NCBI GenBank assembly: GCA_028534125.1
Contig: CM052817.1
Coordinates: forward strand, 72,294,001-72,358,000
Direction of reading: 5' to 3'
From: Lama glama
Lineage: Eukaryota
DNA: 64,000 nucleotides
The notes under the pieces were generated by a model. That model saw only the letters and a list, made by a program, of their open reading frames with translations. It did not search any database and was not told the origin of the DNA. How positions within the stretch are numbered: position 1 is the stretch's first letter; every line of letters begins with the position of its first letter. A program made the translations under genes and the position numbers. This document shows positions 1 to 12,151 of this stretch, in pieces.

Positions 1-3000
1 GCTCTTTCACAAATCACCCTGGTTTCATGCCCTAATTAATCAGTGTTCATGGGGGAATGAGAGGTTATTTGCTTTTCAGCTTCAGCAGAGATACTAATAG
101 CATAGCAGGAGAATTCTGAAATAACGTGCATTATTTTTCGTATTTGAAGCACTTTCCCATGGATTCTTACATAATTATCTAGAAAATGCTAACCATTGTT
201 TCTATTGGAATTTTATCTCATGCGGATAGGAACTCCCAAGATTAGAAAAGTCTACCCATTGCTAGGCCTTTTGAACATACTATTATTCTAATACGTTAAA
301 TTGAAATTGTCATTATATTTAGAAAACCCCTACCATAGTCCCTGACCCTTATAATCCACAGAAAAATGTAAGCATTTCTCCTTCTCAATTAAATCATTTT
401 TTAAAAACATGTAATGAAGCATTTCTCATTGACTGAAAGAAAAGCAGTGGATGATTTTCCAATTTAGCAGAATAGTTTAACGGGATATTGGGATCCAGTA
501 AGTTAGCTAACAATCAAATCTAAAGAGAAAGCATTACTTGATTTCTTTATATGTTATCATTAGCCCCATAAAATTGGCTTATCGAGCAGAGTCTCAAATC
601 AAAATTTTACGAGATCATTGCAGACACATTACACACTAGGGTCTTATGCTTAAAGGATACCTTCATTCATAACCCTCAACTTTGGAAAGAAAAAAAGAAA
701 GAGACAGGCATTGTAACCTGTAGGGATTGCAGCTGTGGTAGGATTGAAACTATTGCTTTCGCCACTGATAGACCATTTTGGTTGCAACAAGTTCCCTGGG
801 TCAAAATTACTGCTAGGGCTATGAAACTGCTTGAGCACAGAAAAGCTAAGACGGATATAATGAAGTAAATACGATCCACAGATTTTCAACTTCTAACATT
901 CTGGTTTTTGCTTCTAGTTGTTGAGAACAATGCTGTTTCTCCATGTAAAATTATTTACATAATTACAGATCAAACCAATCAGTTACTACCTTGTCAGGCT
1001 AAAGGTCATGACTGGCATAAGCAAGTAGTTCAGACGCAGCTCTGCTGTTAATACCTGTTCACTCCAGGGCTGCTGCCCTATTCCCAGGGCTGATTGCCCT
1101 CTGTCCTGTGGCTTCAAGTAATGTAAATTGTATCTTGTCCCTGGGTAATCGAGATCAGTGTTGTCTTGTCTGTCCACACCCCGCCGATGCCCTCTCTGTG
1201 CCGCGGTAATGGTTTTGGTGGGCAATCAAGGAAGATGCCTTCTTGACTCATCTCTCATAATAGATTGTCCTCCTCAGGCAAAATTGAATAACCCCCAACA
1301 TGGCCTGGAGGCAGGCAATGAGAATTCAATAAGTCTGCAGGGTCAGTGTCCTGTCATTTTTGGCAAGCAAGTAATTATTCTGCACTAACATTCAGTAATA
1401 GGAGGAGGAAACGGCCATGGACACCTTTATCCCGATGCCTAGAAGAGTCACCTTAGCAGGATTTTTCCTCTAATCAGCTGTAATTCCTTCTCTTCTGAGT
1501 GAGTTCATGTGAGTTGCATGGGTGGATTTCCTTGATGCTTTTTTTCCCCCCAAACCTGCAGTGTCTGTGGGAAAGTTTAACAACTTCACTGCCTGTTGTT
1601 TAATATTTTCCACTTTTATGGGTTGCAGTTGTGCTGTCTATTTGCTTTCACTGATTTGTGAAAGATTTATTATAAACCAAATACAGCTGTTCTCCCCTTT
1701 CATAAAGTCAAACTGTTTTGGCAAACCCGTTTTCCACTATGAAAACACGTTCAAAATCATCTCCCCGACCAGCTTTCCTACCCTAAGCGTTTAGCTATGC
1801 CGAGTAGCTCAGGGTAGGTGCCAAAGTGGTTATGGACTCGCTTAAGGAAAAGAGAATGCATCTGCTTCACAAATAAACAGGCAGAAGAGAAGAAATAACT
1901 TTTTCTTTGGCCTTCTGGTGGGATTCACTGTTATTATGTGCAGATCCCAAGAGAACAGAATTTTAATATCCCCCCAAAAAGCATCTGTAAATTCAAGCCA
2001 CTTGAGTGTTCTCCCCTTGTGGTTACACTTATGCATCATACTCATTTAATTGAACTATGTAACCTTTACCTGCAACTAATATTTTGATTAACCTTTTAAT
2101 ATTCTTCAGATATTGCTGCCATGTACCATCACTCCACTCACCATGTATACACACAGAGAAATATTCATATATGTATATTTAAAGAGAACATATTCACTTC
2201 AATTAATCAGTTCTTACTGTTCAGATTTAGATCCCTGACTTCTGACATTTATTTAGGGAAATGCTGAATTACCCGTTTTGAGGAAAGCAAATTTTAGCTC
2301 TTTCTATTTTTGTTATTTCTATTGCCACTTTTTTAAAGTTATCTTTTTAAATGGAACCAAAAAAAAAAAAACCAAAACAATTAGAAAACGAACATAATTT
2401 CTAAACCCAATCCGGGTTGCTTTTCTCTCCATTTTTCTGTGTAGAAACTATTGATTTATTCATTGAAAGGAACCTTTATCTTCTCTCTCCTGAGATCTTT
2501 GCACAGCGAGTAATGAAGAGGCTCGTATAAGAGCAGAATAAGCACTTTCCATGACTGATTGGCAATTGATTATTGCTGGGATGTCTCCCCACGGTCACTC
2601 GTCACTATGCTTTTTTGACAACCGAGCTCTATTCCTGACATGAAAAAGGTGTTTTGATCTGCATCCATTTGGCTTGTTAACTGTGACAAAACTCAGACTG
2701 ATACTGATCATGTTCAGTTGTCGGTGTTGATTTGGATCCAAGAAAGAGAAAAGATTCATAATAACATACACCCTATTCTTCATTTAGGCTACTATAATAC
2801 TAGGATATCTAATGATTATTCTTCTTGAAATCGTTTCCATTACCCTCATGCTTTTAGGATTTTGTTCACTATAATAAGCTTTTGACACCATTTTATCTTA
2901 TCTTTGCCCTTTTCAATGTATTTTTAATGGTCTGCTTTAGAATTTCTGACCATCTTTTATATGACGATAACCAAGCTTTTTACCATGTAACATTGGAGAG

Positions 3001-4109
3001 GAAACTATAGCTGCTTTTCATGCAAACTACTGAAAAATAAGATTTATTTAGAAGAATTTTAGCATTGAGTAGAGTGTGTACATCCAAGAAATAAGGCATG
3101 GTAAGAGGATATATTTTAAAGATTATTTCAAGGAAAGGAGAACACTGAGGCAATTCCTGTTTGTTTCTTTTCCCCCAAGTGATGTGAGTTAAAAGCATGA
3201 AATACACATGTGGTGATTACTTTTCCCCAAAGTTTACCAAAATTTATTTAAAATGAACATGTCATAAACATTTATCAAAATACTTTTTATAAGATAATTC
3301 TACTATAAAGCAGCTCTAAATGACTTGCATTTTACTATATTTAACTTTTTTGTTTTGTTTTGTACTGAAAAGTTGCAGCTAAGACTTAATGGAAATTTTA
3401 CTTTTCAAATTGAATTCTGTTTCAAACTTTAAATTGAAGTGATAATCCTTCTTTTTGCATTCCCTTCTCCCCTTTCCTCTTAGAGTTTTTAAAACCTGTA
3501 TTTACCGCCACATTATGGAGCAAGTACAAAAATTCCAGAGAGCAGTTTTAATTGTTTCTGGATGCAATCCTTGAAAATGGCTATGAGATCTTAGCTCCTC
3601 TTTTTTAAAGTCAGAATGAAGTTGTCTAATAAAGCTACAGCATATTATTTTGGGACATGCATCATTAATTCTCTTCTGTCCCTCCCCAGAAATGTGACTT
3701 TTAACTTCTTGAATCAAATGATCAATCATTACGTTGCATTTGCTAAACTCTGTTGAATTAATTTTTATTTAGTTTGTCATATTTCAGTCACTGCAAAAAT
3801 TACTGTTTTAATCCAAACAGTTATATAAAACTCATTTCCAATGGTTTGGCTGCTTTACCCTTGAGTTTATGAGGTGCTAAAATTTACAAATTAGCACTAG
3901 TGCCTAAATATCTCTCTACCAGGGAAGTGTGAAAAGAAGAACTGAGACTTTTAGTGTCCTCAGTCCCCCTCATCCTTCCTCAAAATATTTTTCAATGATA
4001 GTATGCCTAGTAGACAGCAAGGCATGGTCAGGCCATGATGCTTCCGGGTCTTTATTTCTCTTGAAATTTTGTTTGTTTGAGGGTTTTTGTTTGTTTCTTT
4101 ATTAGAGGT

Positions 4110-4356
4110 TGAGAACTAGAATCTAGTCACTTCTCCTGGGATCAAACATTGACTCTGTCACTTATTTGCTGTGTTTTCACAAGTGCCTCTTATAACATCT
4201 CTGTGCCTTAGTGTACTCATCTGTAAAATGGGTCTGTGTTAGAGGGGGACATGCCACCTTTTAAAAGCCATTGTGGGTATTAAATAAGTTAAAATAGCTG
4301 ATGTTGTTAGAATGATATCTGCTGCCTAAACTGTAAATCCTTATGTGCATTACTAT
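4110..4356 (+). mobile_element. MIR SINE relic
   Basis: MIR core-like stretch ctctgtcacttatttgctgtg...ctctgtgccttagtgtactcatctgtaaaatggg followed by ttgtgggtattaaataag; heavily diverged. Confidence 0.75.
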
Positions 4357-4371
4357 TCATGTAGAAGTTGG

Positions 4372-4510
4372 CACATTACACAGTATTTTCTCAAATATTA
4401 TCCTTTGATTCTTATAATAACTGCATAAATTCATTTTAAGATGAAAAAACTAAGAAAGTAAGTGACTTGACCAAAGGCACATTATGAGCAAATCTCAAAA
4501 GACTCGATCT
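4372..4510 (-). mobile_element. MIR SINE relic, tail-to-tail with the previous MIR
   Basis: cattttaagatgaaaaaactaag...aagtgacttgaccaaaggcaca matches the reverse-complemented MIR core. Confidence 0.65.
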
Positions 4511-4841
4511 ATATTTTTTGCGTCTAAGACTGAGTATGTTTTTTTTTCTTCCCCCTTGGACAATCTTTGTCTTTCTTTGGTGACTGGTTATCATTGGCTA
4601 TGATGGCTTAAAATGTGAAAAAAATGAAAAGCTAAATTTAGGGTGGGGAATACTAAGGAAGGAGAAAAAGCATGTAATTGTAACACTCAGATTGTGTTGA
4701 TAAAGAATAAATGTGAGCTCTACAGTCAGAATATATTCAAGTGTTCTTTCATCTATTGAGAAAATATTTATTAAGCCCCTATTATCCTTAGACAGTGTGG
4801 ATAGACAAAGCAGATTCACAAAGAAGGCAGTGGTATCAGGC

Positions 4842-4844
<3 letters not shown>

Positions 4845-4914
<70 letters not shown>
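4845..4914. repeat. Compound microsatellite (AT)26(AC)9
   Basis: Read directly; explains the IYIYIY/THTH ORFs at 4598-4973. Confidence 0.97.
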
Positions 4915-4915
<1 letters not shown>

Positions 4916-5095
4916 TATACACTCATATAAAATCATCTTTTCTCTGTGTAGTAGACCCTGCTTGCTAGTGTAAGAGTACAGAGCCAGAAAGAGCCAAGAT
5001 TAAGCCAACTTTCTACCACATCACATCATTTCTGGCTCTCTGTGCACAATAATAGAGCTTATATATTGTAAAGGGATATGCATGTATAATTTCTT

Positions 5096-5214
5096 TTCGG
5101 GGGGGGTGGTAATTAGTTTTATTTATTTATTTAATGGAGGAACTGAGGATGAACCCAGGACCTTGTGCATGCTAAGCACACACTCTACCACTGAGCTATA
5201 CCCTTCCATCCCCC
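5096..5214 (-). mobile_element. tRNA-derived SINE, camelid Vic-1-like, near full length
   Basis: Minus strand reads GGGTATAGCTCAGTGGTAGAGTGTGTGCTTAGCATGCACAAGGTCCTGGGTTCATCC (Pol III A- and B-box), then an (AATA)n tail and a C-run. Perfect 10-bp TSD ATAATTTCTT at 5086-5095 and 5215-5224. Confidence 0.9.
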
Positions 5215-6540
5215 ATAATTTCTTGAAAACCAGAGACCAGCATAGGGTGGCCAGATCCTTTTCTTGCTCATTTGATATAAGCTTCAATAATAGATTCCCA
5301 GGTAGATAAGTAACAGAGAGGACATTTTCCATTCCATGCTCAGGAAGTACAAAATCTAACTGAGCAAATCTGTGGAGATGGAATGCAGCTTGCTATGGGA
5401 GCCCACAAATAAGATTGTTGAAAAAAATATACATTTATTTTTGCGCCTGTGGCAAAGGTTATGAGTTAAATATATGCATATATGGTTCATCAAGATTCTT
5501 CATTCCACGGTGGAGTAAATACCTCTGTGCATACTAGATTTAAAGCAATAGCGACAAAGATATTTTAATGATGATACTATCTCTCTATATAAAGACAACA
5601 TATTATTGTTATATTTCAAGCCAAGCACCAGATCAATAAGACTTTCCTTTAAGACTTCTTATTCGTAATTTCTACAAGGAGACAGATAAGAAGCTACATG
5701 AAGAAGTCCATTCTTTAAATAGACTGGATGAAAAAAGAAAGGAGGAAAGAATTATAGAGGCAACATTACATTCCAGTGTCTAGGGCTGTATTCCCCTTTG
5801 TACATACATTGTAATTATATACTGACCTTTGAGATCAGTGGCTGGTTACTTATGGGATAATATGATTAAAGTATATGTAACAAGTATGTTAAATTATTTT
5901 TAATGCAATTCTAGTGGAGAAGATCTGTGTAATTGCTAATTCCATTTCGTTCTAGAGGCATCTGAGATGACATCCCTTGGGTCCAAGCTTACAAACTAGA
6001 TAGATGAAGGCTCAGTCCACACAGAGGCCCCTTTGATTTTGTTGGTTTTGCTTTCTCGATGACTGGTCTGCCTGGAGAAGGAAACTTGTGGCTAGTTAGA
6101 AAATGCACGGGAAACACATGCACTTTTTAAGGAATAATTTGTAGCCTTTACCTAATTCTTAAAGGAAATGATATTTATCGTCATGTTTGGAGTAAATGTT
6201 GCTCTTCCCATTTCCTCCCTGAAACACACGTATTAGAATGTTTGAATTACTTCTTGCTTAGCGTGACCTGCCTTGTCATTCTTATCTTGAAGGTTGTGCA
6301 TTTTGATGGGGGCCTTAGGAGAGCTTCTAGTGAGCCAGAACTTTGTGGCTGATGATCCTTGGAAGGAGCAGAGAACTGTATCTGCTGGTGGAGTTGGGGA
6401 AACCTGGCTGGAGGAGGCTGTTGATGGTCATAGTTTGAGCTTCAGAAGCACATCTTAGGAGGGACTGGAAGACTTATGGGGTCCAGAGATAAAATTTTGC
6501 GAGAGGGGTAGTGGTATACATGCAAAAATAATAATAATAA

Positions 6541-6843
6541 TGCCTGGCAGGTTCCCGGATTTGGGCAGATGGAAGAACTCTCTCAGAGCTATAGGCATTT
6601 CTGACGTGCCTTTATTGTGGAGGGGTACACGGGCTTCAATGGCTGCAGCGGAAAGTCCTTATATAGCAAGGCAGACAGAGCCGGCATCTAGCCAAATATG
6701 ATGGGTGCTAACCAGTGCGCCTGCGTGGTGCAAGTCATGCTTGCACAGCACTACGTGGGTCCCGCGCATGCGGGATAGTACGGCTGAGGCCCTGGGCACC
6801 AGATGTCCCGCAAGGGCGCCTGCGTGACGCCATTTTCCCTACA
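6541..6843 (-). mobile_element. CpG-rich solo LTR-like element (ERV family unassigned)
   Basis: Minus strand starts TGTAGGGAAAATGGCG and ends CCAGGCA (TG...CA). TATATAA at 6665-6659 and AATAAA at 6616-6611 are in LTR order. About 16 CpG in ~300 bp against a CpG-poor background. TSD not resolved. Confidence 0.65.
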
Positions 6844-7614
6844 CGTGCTCGTCTAGTATCAGTTTCTTTTTTGGTTGTCTTCCTTTTTGGAATGTTTTTC
6901 TCTGTTTCACTTCTTCCTCTGTAATCTATAGGCATTCCTGGCATTCTTGCTTTTCTACTGCTTTTCTCTTTTTAAACTTATCTTCCATGCAGCAAGAGCA
7001 GGAAAGGGGACCATAGATTTGTACCAGAGGAAATACCTATCGCCCTTGCTTCGCTTCCCAGTATCTGCTGGATTGATGCAAGTAATTGACTTGCCCACTG
7101 TGAGTGCAATAATAGACTTTGATATGTAGCACAATCTCCATGTACTATAAAGTGTCTTCGTTCTGACTAATTGTACTGAGTCTCCTTGTATAAACCAAGG
7201 AGATAACAACATGGTGGAAAATTCAAGTAATGTGAAATCTCTGACCTCAAGAAGCTTGTAGTCTGTGGCTAGTAATCTTTAAGATCTGTTGGGAAATTGA
7301 GTTGCTTTATCTGGAAACTCCCAAAGCTAAAGTGTCCAACGACCTCAGATTTAACAAAGTCTATTGTGCGTAATGGCCATACAGGTTGGTTGATGTGATA
7401 GTTCATAAACTGAGAGGAATCCCAAAGTTTTCTTAACTGAAGACACATATTGGTCGTGTCTTCTCAAATAAACCACCACAAAAACTAGGCTTTTTTTTTT
7501 TTTGAATCATTTGTTGTACTCTGTTGAACATTTAAAGCATTTTGGGGAAAAAATTATGTTGTTGGTACTGTTTCTACCCTCAGTAAAGTACTAAAAACAT
7601 AGCATGCACTCAAT

Positions 7615-7800
7615 ATTCATTCATTTATTTGAACAACACATAATTATTCAGTACTTAGCTATTGTTTTCTAGGCACTATATAGAAGCAGGGTGTATTGCT
7701 GAGGAAGACATCAGAGACCTTGCCCTCATGGAGTTAAAAGGGGGAAAAACTCAATGTTAAATGCAAATTGTAGGATTAATACATTAAAATGTTGATAAGC
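7615..7800 (-). mobile_element. L2 LINE 3' end relic
   Basis: cattcatttattgaacaa...ctaggcact...ccttgccctcatggagtt, typical antisense L2 terminus. Confidence 0.6.
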
Positions 7801-9069
7801 ATATTAAAAGAGAGCCATAAAATTCTATGAGATTAATTTGATTACATCTTGCTTTCGACTTTTTCTTTCAGTCCAATTTGTGGATTTGCACTTAAGTTAT
7901 GATGAATATGAAACTAAAATAACCTCTACATTGACCAATACAAATATTAATTTTAATATTCTGTTAAATACAGTGACTTCTTTACTCTTATCAGGATATT
8001 GCCAATGTGACTGGTGAATCTCAGCTGAGGGGATAGTGATCCCAAGATGTTAGAAACAGACCTTTAAAAAATATGATTTGGAAAACGAGTCTGGTGGATT
8101 TGGCTATATAAACACATGTAAGAATTGACAGAGCCACATCAAATAGACTTTGAGGCCAGCCAAGCCACTGAAGACTTCTCCGAGTCAGTGGTGGGTCAGA
8201 TGGAAGGATGTGCATTTTCATTACCCCTGTGCTCAGTCTGTTACCACCTTTATATCTGCAGTCTCTGTCTCTGTCTCTCCCACAGACACACACAAACCCC
8301 CATTTTAAAAATGGTTACATTATTAAACGTTTTTTAAAAACATGGTCCACCACTACATTTATCTTTTACGTTTTTGTATTGAATCCAGGTTTATTTTAAC
8401 GGTAGAAAATCTAAGCAAATCACAAAAACAAGTAATTCTGATTTATTCTTCTGCCGCTGTACAAGTTAAATAAAGAGAGAGAAAAAGAATGGTTATTGAC
8501 AGCTCTAAAAAACACACTTCTAATGGCTAACATAAAACACATGCTAACTTTCATCTGAACACTGGATTGTGGAAATTCTGTTACTCTAAGGGAAGGGAGG
8601 GGCGAGGTTCTTCTCTTCATGCTCTTCAGTCCAGGAGTCGAAATTGTTCACAAATGCATGTCACTGATTCAGGGCTTGATCAGGCGCTGCGGGAACTGGA
8701 GAAAGGGACACGATTCCATCTGACAGTCTCACAACACGTGGAAGATGTGATGGCGATAAGATAGATGGATAGCTAGATCGATTGAGAGATAGACAGACAG
8801 ACAGAACAGAAAAGGTGAATCATTTTTTTCTCCCTCCTCCCTGTTAAGATGTAAGAATCATGCTTTTGTGTCCTGAGCTATGGCAGAGCTAGATGGCTGG
8901 AGGAGCGAGAAGTTACAAATTCATAATCAATTCTGACTCTGTCACTCATTTAACCTTCCAAATAAAGAGGGTACACGTTAGCATCCAGTTGGCATGAATT
9001 TAAACTCTGTAAAAGTTTCAGCTTTCTTATCTGTAAAATAGTGATCATACTGTTTGCTCCAATATTAAC

Positions 9070-9186
9070 TCTCCACTCAACAGATACTTACTGACTAGCT
9101 GCCCTACGCCGAGCGGAGTTCTGGGAGATGGAAGAGCACAGTAAACAAGCCAGACTAATTTCTGACTTCATGAAGCTTACTTTCTA
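9070..9186 (-). mobile_element. L2 LINE 3' end relic
   Basis: cactcaacagatacttactga...cagtaaacaagccagac...cttcatgaagcttactttcta. Confidence 0.65.
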
Positions 9187-9923
9187 CCTGTTATTATTGG
9201 AACAAAATAAATTTGTATACAAAAGTCCTCCTGTATATAAGGTAAGCAATTTATAATTACTTTTCTTTCCTTGAAGTGAGAGTTTTATGACAAGATAATA
9301 AATGTATGTACAACATATTTCTAGGAACTTTTATCAGTACAAAACCTATAAGGAATATTGTTAAGGAAGCTTTAAAAATACCTTGATTCAAAGTTTGATT
9401 CCTATCAGATGGCCTTTGATCCTCTTTCTCTTACTTCCATAGAAACATTAGATCCACTTAAATGAGCTTTATTGTTCATCTACCCACGCCCCTACCCCAT
9501 TGTGTGTATCTTACCATTTAAGTTCTTTGGGCTAAAGTTTCCAAAGTTGATCTACATGTTCAGCATTCTCTCCCATTGCTCCAGAATGTGAGTCTTTGAG
9601 CCTAGCCTCAGTGTTCACACCCAGTTCAGCCCAAACTGTGCACATATCCACACTGTTTCTCCACTGGGAATGTGTCTCTCATACCATATAACTTATTCCA
9701 GTGCTACTCATGTGTCAAGACCCTGTGCAAGTCCTGCATCCTTCATGACTCTCCCCCAGACAGATCCAGAGCGGCTCAGATTACTTCTTATCCTCTCACT
9801 GCTTAGAGCTACAATGACTGTGTTTCCTGAACCGTACCCACGTTATATATGATTCCACTTGCTCTCTCATTATAGACTGCGGGGAGTTGTTGATTTTACC
9901 AGAGTGCTTCTCCCATCTATTCT

Positions 9924-9953
9924 GATTAGATTAGATTAGATTAGATTAGATTA
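9924..9953. repeat. Pentanucleotide microsatellite (GATTA)6
   Basis: Read directly. Confidence 0.95.
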
Positions 9954-10610
9954 GATAGATTATATAAGCTCCAGATAGTCACTCAGTACTGAATGGGTAA
10001 AAGACTTAATCAAGCAATCAAACTGCATTTGGACTATCCTCTCATGTGGATAATTCATATGTCATTAACTTGTTTTGGCAATTAAGGTGGTGGACAAATT
10101 ATCAGTATGGGTGGGTAATTTCTGACACTTCTCAAATCACAGCATGTGCCAAAGTATATATTACTCAATCCAGGGATAATGATTGGGTCTTATAGGGATG
10201 TACACTAGGAAAGAAGTCTTCTGGGTGTATCAAGGGAAATGTGGACCATGCACACTGCAAAAATTCCTGGAAGATTCTTGAAATGCATACTCCTACACTC
10301 TCCTTTTGGTGAGTAATGGAGAGATGAAAACTCGAGGTACACCAAAATAAGCAAAACTAGTAAATATAGTCCTCAGATGGGATCCTGGCAACCAGTCAGC
10401 CTTATTATGTTTTATTGAAAGCCAAAAACACTTATTGTATCACTTTCTAAAAGAATAAATGGTTTTTAATAAGTAATAATTAAAAACAGAAGAAATAAAA
10501 TCTACTCAATCCATTTTGATGAATGATAATCATAAAAGAGGAATGGCAATTTCTCAGTGAAAGCTGGAAAAATAAATTTCTTTTTTTTCCTTCCCGGCTT
10601 GTCTCTTCAG

Positions 10611-10780
10611 CTACGTCCTTATGTCTCTTCCAGATCCAGCACTAACCCGCATTCTGAACCAAATCAATGTAACTAGCAAAGTGTAAAATGCTGGGCCATT
10701 ATACTGATGATCTTTGTTCTGCCATTGCTGACATCTAAATTTACTGATATTGATATAATAAAGCCATTTTGTGTTTTCAT
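10611..10780 (+). other. Candidate terminal exon of an unidentified gene
   Basis: Long polypyrimidine tract 10577-10607 ending CAG at 10610, with a second CAG at 10633. Short open frames end at TAG 10676 or TAA 10686. AATAAA at 10757-10762 is followed by T/GT-rich sequence. No upstream exon identified. Confidence 0.4.
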
Positions 10781-12151
10781 TTGTATAAACCAAATGTGTG
10801 GCTTAGCTTATTGATTTTGTAATCAAGATATAGTTTACTGAAGTGTTTATAAAATGAACTTGTAAACACATGTTCTTTACTCATTCATTAATCCAACAAG
10901 CACCTCTTACATAGCCTGCCTTTTGCTGAGGTCTAGGCAAGATGTAATTTGGGGGGAGTGGTAAATGTGGCAATGGTGGATGAGTGTAGATGGGCCACTG
11001 AAAAAATTTTTTCAGGATGTGAGGAGAAGACCCCATGTGGAAGAAGAGAAAAGGAAAATAAACTAACAATACAGTGATCATGTTTTTAAAACAAGGAGAG
11101 AATAAATAGTGGAAAACCAAGAGAGAAATATATGCCAGAGGGGGAAAAAATACATGAGAGTTAGGAAACAGAATAAGAACAGACTCTACACACTTTCACA
11201 TACAATACAGAACTGCAGCCTCAAACAGTATTGTTATGAACTGGTATTATCTTCATTTAACAAATTAAGACTTTCAAATCCAATAGAATTAAAGACTCAT
11301 CCCAAGTCATGTGCTTAAATATGCTCCAGAAGCAGGACTACACCTCCGTTTTGTCTGCCTGTTGTTTCTTCCAAGTTCTCAGGGAGGAAGTTTAGGATAC
11401 AGGGGGAAAGAGTAGTTTTCAAAGTGAGAAGCTACCTCTTTTTCTAGGGAAAGAGAAGGAGACATTTTCTGTGTGACAAAAGGCAGGGAGTTAAGGATGT
11501 GTATATCCAGGAGTGCCGCGGGAACACTCTAGAACATTCTGGGAGCTAGAAGGACATCTAGAATGTCTGCTGTGGACAATAAGCTCCAAAAAGGGGACGC
11601 AGAAAATGAGTAGCAAAAAAGGCTTTGAGCGATCAGACACAGGTTGTACCTAGAAGCCATAGCTGTGTGTTGGGTAGGTCTACCTCTGTTCCAGAGTGCT
11701 CTGTAGTCTTCTAACACACATGCACACGTGCCTACAGACTACTGCTAACCAACCCTCTGAACTGCACAGCTAGCTTAAATTCTTTAGCTTCTCTCATTTT
11801 ATTTTTTTTTCCATAAAATACAAATGAAATCTGTAGAGCAATTTTTGCCATCCCTCTTTTATAGTAGAGAAAACCTAAGTTTTGAGATACAAGTATTTTT
11901 TAATCCTACATCTCTCAGTCCTGCTGTCCTGGAAGATGTGTTTTTATCTCATATACAAGGATGGCCCTTCCAATTATATAGTAGATCCTATGACTTCTGG
12001 TTTTCCCCAAGGTTTATTTCCTTTAATTTTTTTTTCAGCTCCTTCCTTGACCCTAGTCCTTTCTATCAGCATAGAAATGTGATCAGTTTCACCTCTTACA
12101 TATTAAAGAAAAATACTTTTCCTCAGTCTATTGCTTCTATTTCTAGTTTTA

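Noticed and set aside
4598..4973. ORFs of 112 and 86 aa with IYIYIY runs
   Set aside because: Kept open by the (AT)n(AC)n microsatellite. The same applies to ORFs at 15264, 22965-23265 and 45114-45541.
5150..5214. tRNA-like sequence with A and B boxes
   Set aside because: Head of a SINE with tail and TSD, not a tRNA gene.
6715..6944. Arg-rich ORFs on both strands and a possible CpG-island gene promoter
   Set aside because: Open frames follow from local GC richness. The patch is only ~300 bp and has LTR-like ends, TATA and AATAAA.
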